DNA from: an uncultured Candidatus Saccharibacteria bacterium
Lineage (GTDB): Bacteria; Patescibacteriota; Minisyncoccia; UBA6257
DNA: 64,000 bases
Direction of reading: 5' to 3'
NCBI GenBank assembly: GCA_964618625.1
Contig: CAZUBI010000001.1
Span: 1,940-65,939, forward strand
The notes below the pieces were generated by a model that saw nothing but the letters and a program-made list of their open reading frames with translations, was not told where the DNA came from and searched no databases. Positions 50,076-59,779 of this stretch are shown piece by piece (the first letter of the stretch is position 1; the number at the start of each line of letters is the position of its first letter). The position numbers were made by a program, and so were the translations under genes.

Positions 50076-50143
50076 ATCATTAAAAAAACAATTAATTTGG
50101 CTTAATTTATATAATGTTATATAATTAAAGTAAATATATTTTT

Positions 50144-50707
50144 ATGGATTCTAAAGTTAAAATTCTAAAAGAAGAAAATCAGAGACTAAAGAAGAAAATT
50201 GAAAGATTAAAGAAATTAACCACGGTTGATTTTTTAACCAAGCTTTATAATCGTCGAGCTTTTTCTCAATTCTTCAAAACTGTTTACGAAGAACTAAAAT
50301 GGGCAACTAAACATAAAACTCGACGTTCTCAAAAGTCTCAATTTTCACTGATAATAATAGATATTGACGACTTTAAAAAATTTAATGATAAATTTGGTCA
50401 TCTTTATGGTGATAAAATTCTGAAAAAGGTCGCTAAATTTCTTAAAGATTCTGTTAGGGACTTTGATATTGTTGCCCGCTGGGGAGGAGAAGAATTCGCT
50501 ATAATTCTTAAAGGTGTAAATTTATCCCAAGCCAAAAAAAGAGCTAAAATTATATTAGAAAGAAGCAGGGAATATCTTCCCGTTACTTTTAGCATTGGTG
50601 TTACTCAATGCAATCCAAAATATTCTTTAAGGCAAATTTTCGAAAAAACAGATAAAGCTTTGATAAAAGCGAAGAAACAAGGCAAAAATCAAATTGTGGT
50701 TGGATAA
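50144..50707 (+). CDS. diguanylate cyclase (GGDEF)
   Basis: DFLTKLYNRR, DIDDFKKFNDKFGH, RxxD I-site, GGEEF. Confidence 0.9.
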   Translation: MDSKVKILKEENQRLKKKIERLKKLTTVDFLTKLYNRRAFSQFFKTVYEELKWATKHKTRRSQKSQFSLIIIDIDDFKKFNDKFGHLYGDKILKKVAKFLKDSVRDFDIVARWGGEEFAIILKGVNLSQAKKRAKIILERSREYLPVTFSIGVTQCNPKYSLRQIFEKTDKALIKAKKQGKNQIVVG

Positions 50708-50751
50708 TACAAATAACACTTGACAAACTATTTTTCTTTGCTATAATGAAA

Positions 50752-50810
50752 GTGCTGTTGTCTTGAGGTATATAGCTTGCTATATATTAATGGGCAGCAG
50801 CATTTTTTTT
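50752..50810 (+). ncRNA. candidate small RNA, copy 2
   Basis: Same promoter and fold as copy 1, with stem-preserving changes. Confidence 0.5.
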
Positions 50811-50848
50811 GATAAAATATAGTATATAATTAGAATAACGAAAGTATT

Positions 50849-51400
50849 ATGTATATTGAAGAAATTAAAAATTGGTTTAGCCAAAATCCTGGATTAGTGC
50901 AATTCATACAATTTATTGCGCCAATTATTATTTCTCTATTATCAATCCGTTTTATCAAAAACAAAAGGCGGGAGCCTGTCTTAATTTTAGATGTCAAAAG
51001 CATAAAAGAATATTCCCAAAATAAGCAACAAAAAATTAAAGAAAATGGTTACCTAATTGCTGATTCTAATTATTTTTTACAGATTCGTAATGAAGGCGAT
51101 GACATTGCTTTAAATACATATGTTGAGAGCGATAATTTTAAAATTGTAAAATATCAGAATCACCAGATTGGTTTACAAGACGAGCTATCTATAGAAATTG
51201 TAAAAAAATCTGATAATGAAATAAAGAATTTAAAGGAACTAAATGGGGGAGTTTTAAAGATTTATTGCGAGACAATAGAAGGAATAGGATTTTATTTTAA
51301 ATATCAAATAATAGATATTGAAGAAAAGAGAGTGCGATTTATGTCCAAGGGTTATGGAAAAATTAAACAAAATAAAGGCAATTTCCGTCTTGATCATTAA
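50849..51400 (+). CDS. hypothetical protein with N-terminal TM
   Basis: 183-aa ORF; terminator at 51430-51457. Confidence 0.6.
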   Translation: MYIEEIKNWFSQNPGLVQFIQFIAPIIISLLSIRFIKNKRREPVLILDVKSIKEYSQNKQQKIKENGYLIADSNYFLQIRNEGDDIALNTYVESDNFKIVKYQNHQIGLQDELSIEIVKKSDNEIKNLKELNGGVLKIYCETIEGIGFYFKYQIIDIEEKRVRFMSKGYGKIKQNKGNFRLDH

Positions 51401-51561
51401 GGCACACCTAATAAATATAGAATATTAAGAAAAATGACCATTATGTGGTCATTTTTTGTTGTTTTATAGATTATTGACTTAAATTATGTAATGTTATATA
51501 ATTAGGATAGTAGAATGTCAGTCCTTTGATAATTAAAAATAAAAGGAAAAGGAGAGTGAAA

Positions 51562-51831
51562 ATGATGAGAATGTGGAGACCTGATTTAGTTTTACTGCAT
51601 TATTTAAATGGAAAGGATAAATTGACGCGCAAATCAGTTCTATCTATAGAAATGGAGGAAAAAAGGGTAAAAAGCAATGAAATTATATTAATTGTATTAA
51701 TCACAATATTTATATTATTCTTTTTTGCTCACAGCATAGAAATTCTTCTTGGTTTATTAGCTTTTGGATTGACTATTGGAATATTTGGGTTGATTAAAGA
51801 TAAAGATTATAAAGAAAGGAGAAGGACATGA
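51562..51831 (+). CDS. small membrane protein (SD-led)
   Basis: AAGGAG SD, two TMs; promoter TTGACT(51474)-17-TATAAT. Confidence 0.55.
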   Translation: MMRMWRPDLVLLHYLNGKDKLTRKSVLSIEMEEKRVKSNEIILIVLITIFILFFFAHSIEILLGLLAFGLTIGIFGLIKDKDYKERRRT

Positions 51832-52230
51832 AAGGTAGAAGAATTTGGAGTGTTATAAAGAATTTTTTAATATCATTGCTTCTCGGTGAAGCTAAGGTAA
51901 GATGGAGGTGAAAGATATGGAAGAAGAATTAACCTGTGGCGAAGCTGTATTTAGAATGTCTTGCTATGCGATTGGAATATTTATAATCGTGCCTCTTATT
52001 TTAAAATTATTTAATAGTTAATAGAAAGAAATAAGGCGGTGAGAATTATGCCAACTATTCTATGGATAGTATGTGTCGGGATAGTAATTATCGGAGGAAT
52101 ACTAGTTTTTCAAAAAAATGAGGATGCGTTGTTGAATTTTTTTCTTTTCTCAATTGTTGTTTGCATTGGGATATTTTTTTCAAATCTTATCTCAATGTAC
52201 AAATAAGGAAGAAGCTAACTTTTCTTGTGT

Positions 52231-53682
52231 TCAGGATGAGCCTGTTGAATTAATCAACAGGCTCAATTTATTGAATTGTTCAGCGCGGTCAAATTCATTT
52301 TTAAACTTTTCAAAACTTGTTGCAGCAGGAGAGAAGAGAATGATATTTCTCTTTTTCTGTTTTCTTTGACAGAGACTATAATAAAAACATTCTTCTAAAG
52401 ATTCAAAAACGAAGTATTTATTAAAGTATTTTATTTTATTTAATTCTTTTACTAATTTTTTACTTGCAGAACCATTAAGAATAACTAAGTTTTTAGGCAG
52501 TATGGTCTTTTTTATTTCTTCAGCCAATCTCTTAAATCTTAAATTTTTATCTGTTCCTCCGATAATTAGAATAAAGTTGCCATTTTTTTCTTTATTAAAT
52601 CTTTTTAGAGCGACGATAGTAGCATCTGGCGATGTAGCGCTACTGTCATTAACAACAAGCAGTTTTTTGCTTTCAAAAATTATTTCTTGTCGAAATTTGA
52701 CTTGAGATAATGAGGTAATTTGTTTTTTAATTTGAGTAAAAGTTAAACCGAATAATTTAGTTGCTAATATGGAAATCATTAGATTGTCTAAATTGTGTTC
52801 CCCCCAATACTTTGCAAATTTACTTGCATTGAATATTAATTTTTTCTTTTGATCTTTCTGATAATAAATTTGATCTTTTTTATTAAAGATTCCATTTTTG
52901 CCTTTAGGTAGGGGATTATGCGAGATAAAATAAACTTGGCTTAGCGGTTTTAAAGAAAGAAAGAATTTAGTCCATTTATTATCATAATTCAGGATTAAGT
53001 AATCAGTATCTTTTTGGTTTTGAAAAATATGAGCTTTTGCGCGAGCATAATTTTTCATATTGCCATGGCGATTAAGGTGATCTCTGTATAAATTAGTAAT
53101 GATGGCTATTTTGGGTGCTTTGTATTTTAGTTTTACTAATTCTAATGAACAACTAGGCAACTCTAAAACTATTGGGTTATTAATCTTCAATTTATCTAAA
53201 AATGAAAGGACTGGCTTATCTGGCGTATTGCCGCCGGCGACAACATCATTATATTTACCGCGTAAAAGATGGCCTATCCAATTAGTGATTGTGGTTTTTC
53301 CCCAACTGCCGGTTACTGCTATAACTGGATTTTTATTAAACCTAAAAAATAAACTCATTTCATTCTCTATTAATTTATTCGCTTGGCTGGCAATTTTAAG
53401 ATAGGGATTGTTTTTTACTAGTACACCTTGGTTTAAAACAATAATATCATTATTTTTAAAATCATTTTTGTTATGTTTGCCTAATACCAATTTTATTTTA
53501 GAAGAATATCTTTCTAATCTTTTCAGCGACTTTTTTAAATCCTTTTTCTGTTTTAAATCAGTAATAGTAAGTTTAGCTTTATGTTTTAAAAGCCATAAGC
53601 AAGTAGATACACCGCCGCTCAATATTCCCAACCCTACTACTAATATTTTTTTGTCTTCAATAAATTTATTGATTTCTTGCAT
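52231..53682 (-). CDS. murD: UDP-MurNAc-L-Ala:D-Glu ligase
   Basis: VVGLG, TGSWGKTT, GGN, DHLNRH, NDSSAT, LFSPAATSFEKFKNEFDR. Confidence 0.88.
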   Translation of the reverse strand: MQEINKFIEDKKILVVGLGILSGGVSTCLWLLKHKAKLTITDLKQKKDLKKSLKRLERYSSKIKLVLGKHNKNDFKNNDIIVLNQGVLVKNNPYLKIASQANKLIENEMSLFFRFNKNPVIAVTGSWGKTTITNWIGHLLRGKYNDVVAGGNTPDKPVLSFLDKLKINNPIVLELPSCSLELVKLKYKAPKIAIITNLYRDHLNRHGNMKNYARAKAHIFQNQKDTDYLILNYDNKWTKFFLSLKPLSQVYFISHNPLPKGKNGIFNKKDQIYYQKDQKKKLIFNASKFAKYWGEHNLDNLMISILATKLFGLTFTQIKKQITSLSQVKFRQEIIFESKKLLVVNDSSATSPDATIVALKRFNKEKNGNFILIIGGTDKNLRFKRLAEEIKKTILPKNLVILNGSASKKLVKELNKIKYFNKYFVFESLEECFYYSLCQRKQKKRNIILFSPAATSFEKFKNEFDRAEQFNKLSLLINSTGSS

Positions 53683-53770
53683 AATAATTATTTTAACACT
53701 CAGCAATCTCTATTGCCAACTCCTTTGGATAAGGGGTTGATTTTTCTTCTTTTCTTTGTTATAATTACTG

Positions 53771-53877
53771 TTGACGATCGCAAGGTCGTCAACGGTGGGG
53801 CTTCCTGTTTCTTGCTTGCAAGGGACAGGATCACCAGAAAAGCAGGTGTCTTTGATACCTGTTTTTCTTTTGTTTTT
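53771..53877 (+). ncRNA. candidate structured RNA upstream of trxB
   Basis: Promoter TTGATT-17-TATAAT; stems with GCAA and CUUG tetraloops; terminator. Confidence 0.5.
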
Positions 53878-53905
53878 GGCTTAAGGGTGTTAAAATAAAA
53901 GAATT

Positions 53906-54829
53906 ATGGATATTAAAGATATTATCATTATTGGTAGTGGTCCAGCTGGTTTAACAGCAGGAATTTACGCGGGTAGAGCAAAACTTAAAACATTATTATT
54001 TACTGGTTCGCCTTCAGGGGGACAATTGATGCTTAGCGAACAAATTGATGATTTTCCCGGTTTTCCTGAGAAAATGACAGGTCCAGAACTTATTAAAAAA
54101 ATGACTGAGCAAGTTAAAAAATTTGATGTAGAAATGATAGAAAAAAATGTGGTTTCTGTAGATTTTCAAAAAAGGCCTTTTGTTATAAAGACAAACAATG
54201 AAGAATATTTAGCAAAAGCTATAATTGTAGCAACTGGATCTTCTGCCAGATGGCTTGGTTTAAAAAATGAGCAAAAGTTAATTGGTCATGGTATTTCTGC
54301 TTGCGCTGTTTGTGATGGTTTTTTCTTTAAAGATAAAATTGTAGGTGTAGTGGGAGGAGGTGATAGCGCTATGGAAAATGCTATTGTTTTAACTAAATAC
54401 GCAAAAAAGGTTTTTATTATTCATCGTAGAAAAGAATCAAGGGCATCTAAAAAATTACAAGAGGAAGTTTTTAATAATCCAAAGATAGAATTTATCTGGG
54501 ATACTATTGTTTCAGAAATTAAAGGAAAAGATTCTTTAGAGGGAGTTTATATAGAAGATGTAAATACAAAAGAAAAAAGGTTTTTAGAAATAGATGGATT
54601 ATTTGTATCAATTGGTTATAAGCCAGTAACTGATATTTTCCAAAATCAGCTTGATTTAGATAATAATGGTTATATCAAAGTAAAGGAAGATACAAAAACT
54701 TCTATTGATGGAGTGTTTGCCGCAGGGGATGTTTGCGACACTAAATACAGGCAGGCAATTACTGCTGCTGGCTTGGGCGCAATGGCTCTTTTAGATGCTG
54801 ACAAATGGTTGAGAGAACAAAATAAATAG
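53906..54829 (+). CDS. trxB: thioredoxin reductase
   Basis: IIGSGPAG, CAVCDG, GGGDSA, FAAGD..D..YRQAITA. Confidence 0.95.
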   Translation: MDIKDIIIIGSGPAGLTAGIYAGRAKLKTLLFTGSPSGGQLMLSEQIDDFPGFPEKMTGPELIKKMTEQVKKFDVEMIEKNVVSVDFQKRPFVIKTNNEEYLAKAIIVATGSSARWLGLKNEQKLIGHGISACAVCDGFFFKDKIVGVVGGGDSAMENAIVLTKYAKKVFIIHRRKESRASKKLQEEVFNNPKIEFIWDTIVSEIKGKDSLEGVYIEDVNTKEKRFLEIDGLFVSIGYKPVTDIFQNQLDLDNNGYIKVKEDTKTSIDGVFAAGDVCDTKYRQAITAAGLGAMALLDADKWLREQNK

Positions 54830-54919
54830 AATTGACATATCGTTTCCTTTGTGTTATATCTAGTTTAGATTTTTGATAAAAAGCAAATAATATTGAAAAT
54901 TAGAAAGGAGATCCTTAGG

Positions 54920-55141
54920 ATGTTTAGAAAGGTCATTAGAGAAATTGCTGTTTTTGTATTTTATACGTCGTTGATAATATATGTTTTAATATATTATCTC
55001 TTTAGTTTTTTCATAGATTGTTTTATGGGAACAAAAATAGCAAAATTGATCTTTTTAATCCAAAAAGGGTTAGAAAGATGTGCAGAGGATGTCACAGTCA
55101 AAATTATAAGAAGATTAGAAAAAAAAGGTATGTGGTATTAG
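54920..55141 (+). CDS. small membrane protein (SD-led)
   Basis: TTAGAAAGGAG then ATG 54920; terminator at 55140-55184. Confidence 0.5.
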   Translation: MFRKVIREIAVFVFYTSLIIYVLIYYLFSFFIDCFMGTKIAKLIFLIQKGLERCAEDVTVKIIRRLEKKGMWY

Positions 55142-55182
55142 GGCGTCAAAATTTACTAAGATTAGAGATTAGACGCCCTTTT

Positions 55183-55241
55183 TTATTTCAAATGAAATGA
55201 GAAACAAGGTTCTGCCGAGCGAAGTGAGGCAGGTTCTTATT
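55183..55241 (+). repeat. REP-like dispersed element
   Basis: GAAACAAGGTTCTGCCGAGCGAAGTGAGGCAGGTTCTTATT, close to the 15001 copy. Confidence 0.7.
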
Positions 55242-55313
55242 TACAAATCTTTAAAAATAATATAAAATATCAAGAGAAGCATGAATAAAAGGATAATAAA
55301 TTAGTATTAATTT

Positions 55314-55502
55314 ATGAATAAAATTTTTAATAATATCGGACTTATTCTGCTTGGTTTAGGCTTAGGATTGATTATAGCTCAGTATCTAAATTTAAACCCC
55401 TTCTTAATTTTGACTTTGATTATAATTAGCTTAATAGGTGGTGGTTTTTTAATTGCTTTCGGGATAAAAAGATCTAAGCCAGTAGAAAAAATAAAGACGT
55501 AG
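55314..55502 (+). CDS. small membrane protein
   Basis: Two TMs. Confidence 0.55.
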   Translation: MNKIFNNIGLILLGLGLGLIIAQYLNLNPFLILTLIIISLIGGGFLIAFGIKRSKPVEKIKT

Positions 55503-55517
55503 ATTAATTATATTTAT

Positions 55518-55952
55518 ATGTGTGGACCAATATGTGCTATAGGTATCGCTAGCGGATTAGGAATTTCCCGTTGGCTTGGTATAGATGATATGACTTTAGG
55601 ATTATGGATTGGAGCGCTTATTTTATCTCTTTCAATCCAATTTAATATCTTTTTAGATAAAAAAGGTAAAAGTTTTCCATTTAGTTTCTGGGTGATTTTT
55701 CTTAGTTCCTGGATTCTATCTTTCTTACCAATTTTAATGAACTTTGGTAAGTATACTATTTGTAGTATATGTGGTTTTCCTGAAGTAATTTGTGGTTCAG
55801 TTTTGGGAGTTTTGACGCTTTTCTTAGTGGATAAAGCAAATCTTTTTGTAATAGATAAACATAATAAAAAGGTTTATTTTTATTATCAAAAGGTTATCAT
55901 TCCAATTATTGGTTTGATTATTGTGAGTATGATTATAGAGGCTATGTGTTAA
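55518..55952 (+). CDS. Cys-containing membrane protein
   Basis: MCGPIC...SRWLGIDD, CSIC, four TMs. Confidence 0.7.
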   Translation: MCGPICAIGIASGLGISRWLGIDDMTLGLWIGALILSLSIQFNIFLDKKGKSFPFSFWVIFLSSWILSFLPILMNFGKYTICSICGFPEVICGSVLGVLTLFLVDKANLFVIDKHNKKVYFYYQKVIIPIIGLIIVSMIIEAMC

Positions 55953-55969
55953 TGTGTTAATAAAAAATT

Positions 55970-56512
55970 ATGAATATTGAAGAGCAAAAAGTTGCAGACT
56001 TATTTAATAAGATTAAAAAACTAAAGGAAGAAGGAAATGCCTTGGATTTATCATCCAAGGAAGATTTAGGTATTGCTATTATGAATTTAATTTCTACAGA
56101 GGAACATTTATTTTTTACTTATGAAAAGACCAAAGACAAGAAGTATTTGGATTTACTTAATAAAACAAGAAATTCTCGAAAAGAACTATTAGCAAAAATT
56201 GTTAAAGATCCTGAAGGAGAAATTTGGTGTATTTCAAAACATCTTTTATCTGCAAGTATGCGGTTAATGGAAGTAGGGACTAAAAAATTGGGAAATAAGA
56301 AGGAAAAAGAAGCCAAAGATTTATTTGATAAGGCTTATGCGCTTTGGAATATATTTTGGGGATTAAATCTAAATTTGATAGATGTAAAAGATGTTAAGCA
56401 ACGAGACGAGGAAGAAACTAATAATGTTAAAATAGAAAAAGGGAAAAAATTTAATGTTTTTGACAAATTAGGCGGTATTATTAAAAGTATCATGGATTGT
56501 TGTAAAGAGTAA
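55970..56512 (+). CDS. hypothetical helical protein
   Basis: EEHLFFT, WCISKHLL, C-terminal CCKE. Confidence 0.7.
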   Translation: MNIEEQKVADLFNKIKKLKEEGNALDLSSKEDLGIAIMNLISTEEHLFFTYEKTKDKKYLDLLNKTRNSRKELLAKIVKDPEGEIWCISKHLLSASMRLMEVGTKKLGNKKEKEAKDLFDKAYALWNIFWGLNLNLIDVKDVKQRDEEETNNVKIEKGKKFNVFDKLGGIIKSIMDCCKE

Positions 56513-56518
56513 TTTAAT

Positions 56519-57565
56519 ATGGATATTTCTCTTTTTGATTATCATTTGCCAAAAAAATTTATTGCTCAAGAACCAATAGAGCCGCGAGACCACTCGCGTC
56601 TTTTAATATTAGATAGAAAAACAAGAAAGATTGAACATAAAAGATTTTATGAAATATTAAATTATTTATCTGATAATGATGTTCTAATATTTAATAACAG
56701 TAAAGTAGTGCCAGCGCGTTTATATGGAAAGAAAATTCCAAGCCATGGAAAGACGGAAATTCTTCTTGTTCGACCTGAGAATAAAGAAGTCTTTGACTTT
56801 ATTGCATGGCCTAAACGGTGGATAATTATTGGGAAACCCCAGTTAAAGCAAGGACAGATCATTGAATTTAGTAAATCATTAAAAGGGGAAATCAAAAAGG
56901 TCTTAAACTATGAAAGAATTATATGTTTTAATATGGAGGGAGATGCTTTAAAACAGGAAATTTTATCATTAGGGCAATTTCCTCTGCCGCCTTATATCAC
57001 TGAACCTACTGAAAAATCATTTTCAGAATATCAAACAATCTATGCTGAAAAAGAAGGTTCAATTGCCGCTCCTACTGCTGGTTTCCATTTTACAAAAGAT
57101 CTTTTAAACAAAATCAAAGAAAAGGGAATTAATACACAATTCATTACTTTACATGTGGGATTAGGAACTTTTCTATCAGTAAAATCGCAGGACATTGAAA
57201 AACATCAAATGCACTCTGAGTTTTTTGAACTTTCTAAAGACACTGCTAAAATACTTAATAAGTCAAAATCAGAGGGTAAAAGGATTGTTGCTGTTGGAAC
57301 TACGGCAGCACGTGTTTTAGAATGCTGCTCTGATGAAAATTTTGAACTAAAAGCGCAGAAAGATTGGACCAATTTATTTATTTATCCTGGATATCAATTT
57401 AAGTTTGTTGACTCTTTGGTTACAAATTTTCATCTTCCTAAATCAACTTTATTAATGTTGGTTTCCGCCTTCGCTGGAAGAGATTTAATTCTAAGAGCTT
57501 ATCAAGAGGCTATTCAAAAGAAATACAGATTTTTTTCATTTGGGGACGCAATGTTTATAGTATAA
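56519..57565 (+). CDS. queA: SAM:tRNA ribosyltransferase-isomerase
   Basis: FDYHLP..IAQ, PLPPYI, AAPTAGFHF, TNFHLPKSTL, YRFFSFGDAM. Confidence 0.95.
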   Translation: MDISLFDYHLPKKFIAQEPIEPRDHSRLLILDRKTRKIEHKRFYEILNYLSDNDVLIFNNSKVVPARLYGKKIPSHGKTEILLVRPENKEVFDFIAWPKRWIIIGKPQLKQGQIIEFSKSLKGEIKKVLNYERIICFNMEGDALKQEILSLGQFPLPPYITEPTEKSFSEYQTIYAEKEGSIAAPTAGFHFTKDLLNKIKEKGINTQFITLHVGLGTFLSVKSQDIEKHQMHSEFFELSKDTAKILNKSKSEGKRIVAVGTTAARVLECCSDENFELKAQKDWTNLFIYPGYQFKFVDSLVTNFHLPKSTLLMLVSAFAGRDLILRAYQEAIQKKYRFFSFGDAMFIV

Positions 57566-57567
57566 TT

Positions 57568-58719
57568 ATGTTTAAAATTATTAAAAAATCTAAGGTTGAT
57601 AGAGCTCGCTTAGGCGAGATATCAACAAATCATGGTATTGTAAAAACCCCAATTTTTATGCCACCTGGAACTCAAGCAACAGTAAAAGCAGTTGGACCTG
57701 ATGATTTAAGTAAAATTGGTATTGAAATACTTTTAGTTAATACGCTTCATTTACACCTGCAGCCAGGAGAAAATCTAATTAATGACTTGGAAGGTATTCA
57801 TCAATTTATGGGCTGGTCTGGGCCTATTCTAAGCGATTCTGGAGGGTTTCAAGTGTGGAGCTTTAGTAAAAATAGGACAAAAAATGGACAAAATCTAGCT
57901 AAAATTAGTGAAAATGGCGTAAAATTTTCTTCTCCAATTGATGGTTCAAAACACCTAATTACACCTGAAAAATCAATTGAAATTCAACATAAATTAGGCT
58001 CTGATATTATTATGGCTTTTGATGAATGTAGTCCTGATTCTGACAATAAAGAGTATGCTAAAAAATCAATGGAGAGAACTCATCGCTGGGCAGAAAGATC
58101 ATTAAAAAAGCATCAAGAACTTAGTAAAAAATGTACAAATGCAGGACAAAAACCACCTTTGATTTTTGGAATTATTCAAGGTGGAATTTTTGAGGATTTA
58201 AGAAAAGAATCAGCAAAATTTATTACCAGTCTTAATTTTGACGGAATAGCATTAGGAGGGGAAACAATTGGTTATAATATGCCAAAAACATTAGAAATTT
58301 TAGATTATTTGCAGGATTTTTTACCAGAAAATAAATCTTGCTATACTATGGGATTAGGTTCTTCTCCTTTTGATATAATTGAGGTGGTAAAAAGGGGAGT
58401 GGATATGTTTGATTGTGTTGGACCAACAAGAACAGCCCGGCATGGCTCTCTCTATAGCGGTGAAATTCTTTCAAAGAATGGTGAAGTAAATTTTGAGTCA
58501 GAATTTGAAAAAGGATGTTTAAGAATATCAAATAGCCGTTTTAAAAAAGATAATGGTTCAATTGATAAAAACTGCGATTGCTATACTTGTCAGAATTTTT
58601 CCAGAGCTTATCTTCATCATTTATACTCAGTCAAAGAATCTCTTTATCTTAGATTAGCTACAATTCATAATTTAAGATTTATGATGAGGCTAATTAAAGT
58701 ATTGCGAAGTAATATTTAA
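57568..58719 (+). CDS. tgt: tRNA-guanine transglycosylase
   Basis: TPIFMP, DSGGFQV, AFDEC, DMFDCV, CDCYTC...H. Confidence 0.95.
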   Translation: MFKIIKKSKVDRARLGEISTNHGIVKTPIFMPPGTQATVKAVGPDDLSKIGIEILLVNTLHLHLQPGENLINDLEGIHQFMGWSGPILSDSGGFQVWSFSKNRTKNGQNLAKISENGVKFSSPIDGSKHLITPEKSIEIQHKLGSDIIMAFDECSPDSDNKEYAKKSMERTHRWAERSLKKHQELSKKCTNAGQKPPLIFGIIQGGIFEDLRKESAKFITSLNFDGIALGGETIGYNMPKTLEILDYLQDFLPENKSCYTMGLGSSPFDIIEVVKRGVDMFDCVGPTRTARHGSLYSGEILSKNGEVNFESEFEKGCLRISNSRFKKDNGSIDKNCDCYTCQNFSRAYLHHLYSVKESLYLRLATIHNLRFMMRLIKVLRSNI

Positions 58720-58720
58720 T

Positions 58721-59266
58721 ATGCTGCTTCATACTTGTTGCGCTGTTTGCGCATTACCAATAATTGAATATTTATTAAAAGAAGAAAAAGTAAAAGATAT
58801 TACTTTGTATTTTTATAATCCCAATATTTATCCTGAAGAAGAATATAAAAAAAGATTAAAAGATGTTGAAAAAATATCTAAAATTTATAAATTAAAATTG
58901 CTTGTAGGAATATATGAACACAATAGATGGTTGGATTATGTTAAAAAATCATTGCCTCAACCACCAGAGAAATATTCAGAGAATAGTGAAAGATGTTTGA
59001 GCTGTTTTCGTTTTCGTTTAGAAAAAACTGCTGAATTTGTTAGGAAAAATAATTTTGATGAATTTGGCACTACTTTAAGTATAAATCGTTTTAAAAACGT
59101 TGATTATATAAATCAATATGTTAAAAAGTTAGCAAAAAGACATCAATTAGTTTATAAAGTATTTAATTCAGATCTCAATAAAGCTTATGAGCTCGGTTTA
59201 CAACTTACTAAAAAATATAATCTTTATCGGCAAAAGTACTGCGGCTGTAAATTTTCTATGATATAA
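58721..59266 (+). CDS. queH: epoxyqueuosine reductase QueH (DUF208)
   Basis: LLHTCCAVC, FYNPNIYP, RCLSC, YRQKYCGC. Confidence 0.88.
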   Translation: MLLHTCCAVCALPIIEYLLKEEKVKDITLYFYNPNIYPEEEYKKRLKDVEKISKIYKLKLLVGIYEHNRWLDYVKKSLPQPPEKYSENSERCLSCFRFRLEKTAEFVRKNNFDEFGTTLSINRFKNVDYINQYVKKLAKRHQLVYKVFNSDLNKAYELGLQLTKKYNLYRQKYCGCKFSMI

Positions 59267-59284
59267 TATAATAAAATTAAAATT

Positions 59285-59779
59285 ATGGCTAGGCCTAAAA
59301 AACTTTCAGTAAAATTATTGCATAAAGACAACTATTTAACCTTAATAAAAAATGCCTGCGGCTCACAGATATGGGCTAATGGTTATGCTTTAGTAAATGG
59401 CAGAAGGAAGGATATTGTTCAAGATGGCGAACTTTCTTGCGCCTTTTTTGTCAGCTCAATTCTAAAGATTTTTGATTTTATTAAGGATCTACATTTTACA
59501 GTAAAAGGCACTGAGCAAGATTTAAAAAAATCGGGTTGGGAAATAATTTCTGTTTCTTCAAAGATGCCTAAAGGCAGCATTATAATTTGGGAAAAGAAAT
59601 TATCTCCTAATAAACAATCAAAAAAGTGGGAAAAACATTTCCATATTGGTTTTTATATTGGCGATGAGAAGGCTGTTAGCCTTTGGGCTTATCATAATTT
59701 TCCTGTAATTCATCATTGGACCTATAATAAATCAAGAAAAATAATTCGAGTTTATTGGAATAAGAAAATAAAGAATTAA
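59285..59779 (+). CDS. hypothetical protein, possible NlpC/P60-like Cys-His fold
   Basis: LSCAFFVS...HIGFYIG. Confidence 0.5.
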   Translation: MARPKKLSVKLLHKDNYLTLIKNACGSQIWANGYALVNGRRKDIVQDGELSCAFFVSSILKIFDFIKDLHFTVKGTEQDLKKSGWEIISVSSKMPKGSIIIWEKKLSPNKQSKKWEKHFHIGFYIGDEKAVSLWAYHNFPVIHHWTYNKSRKIIRVYWNKKIKN

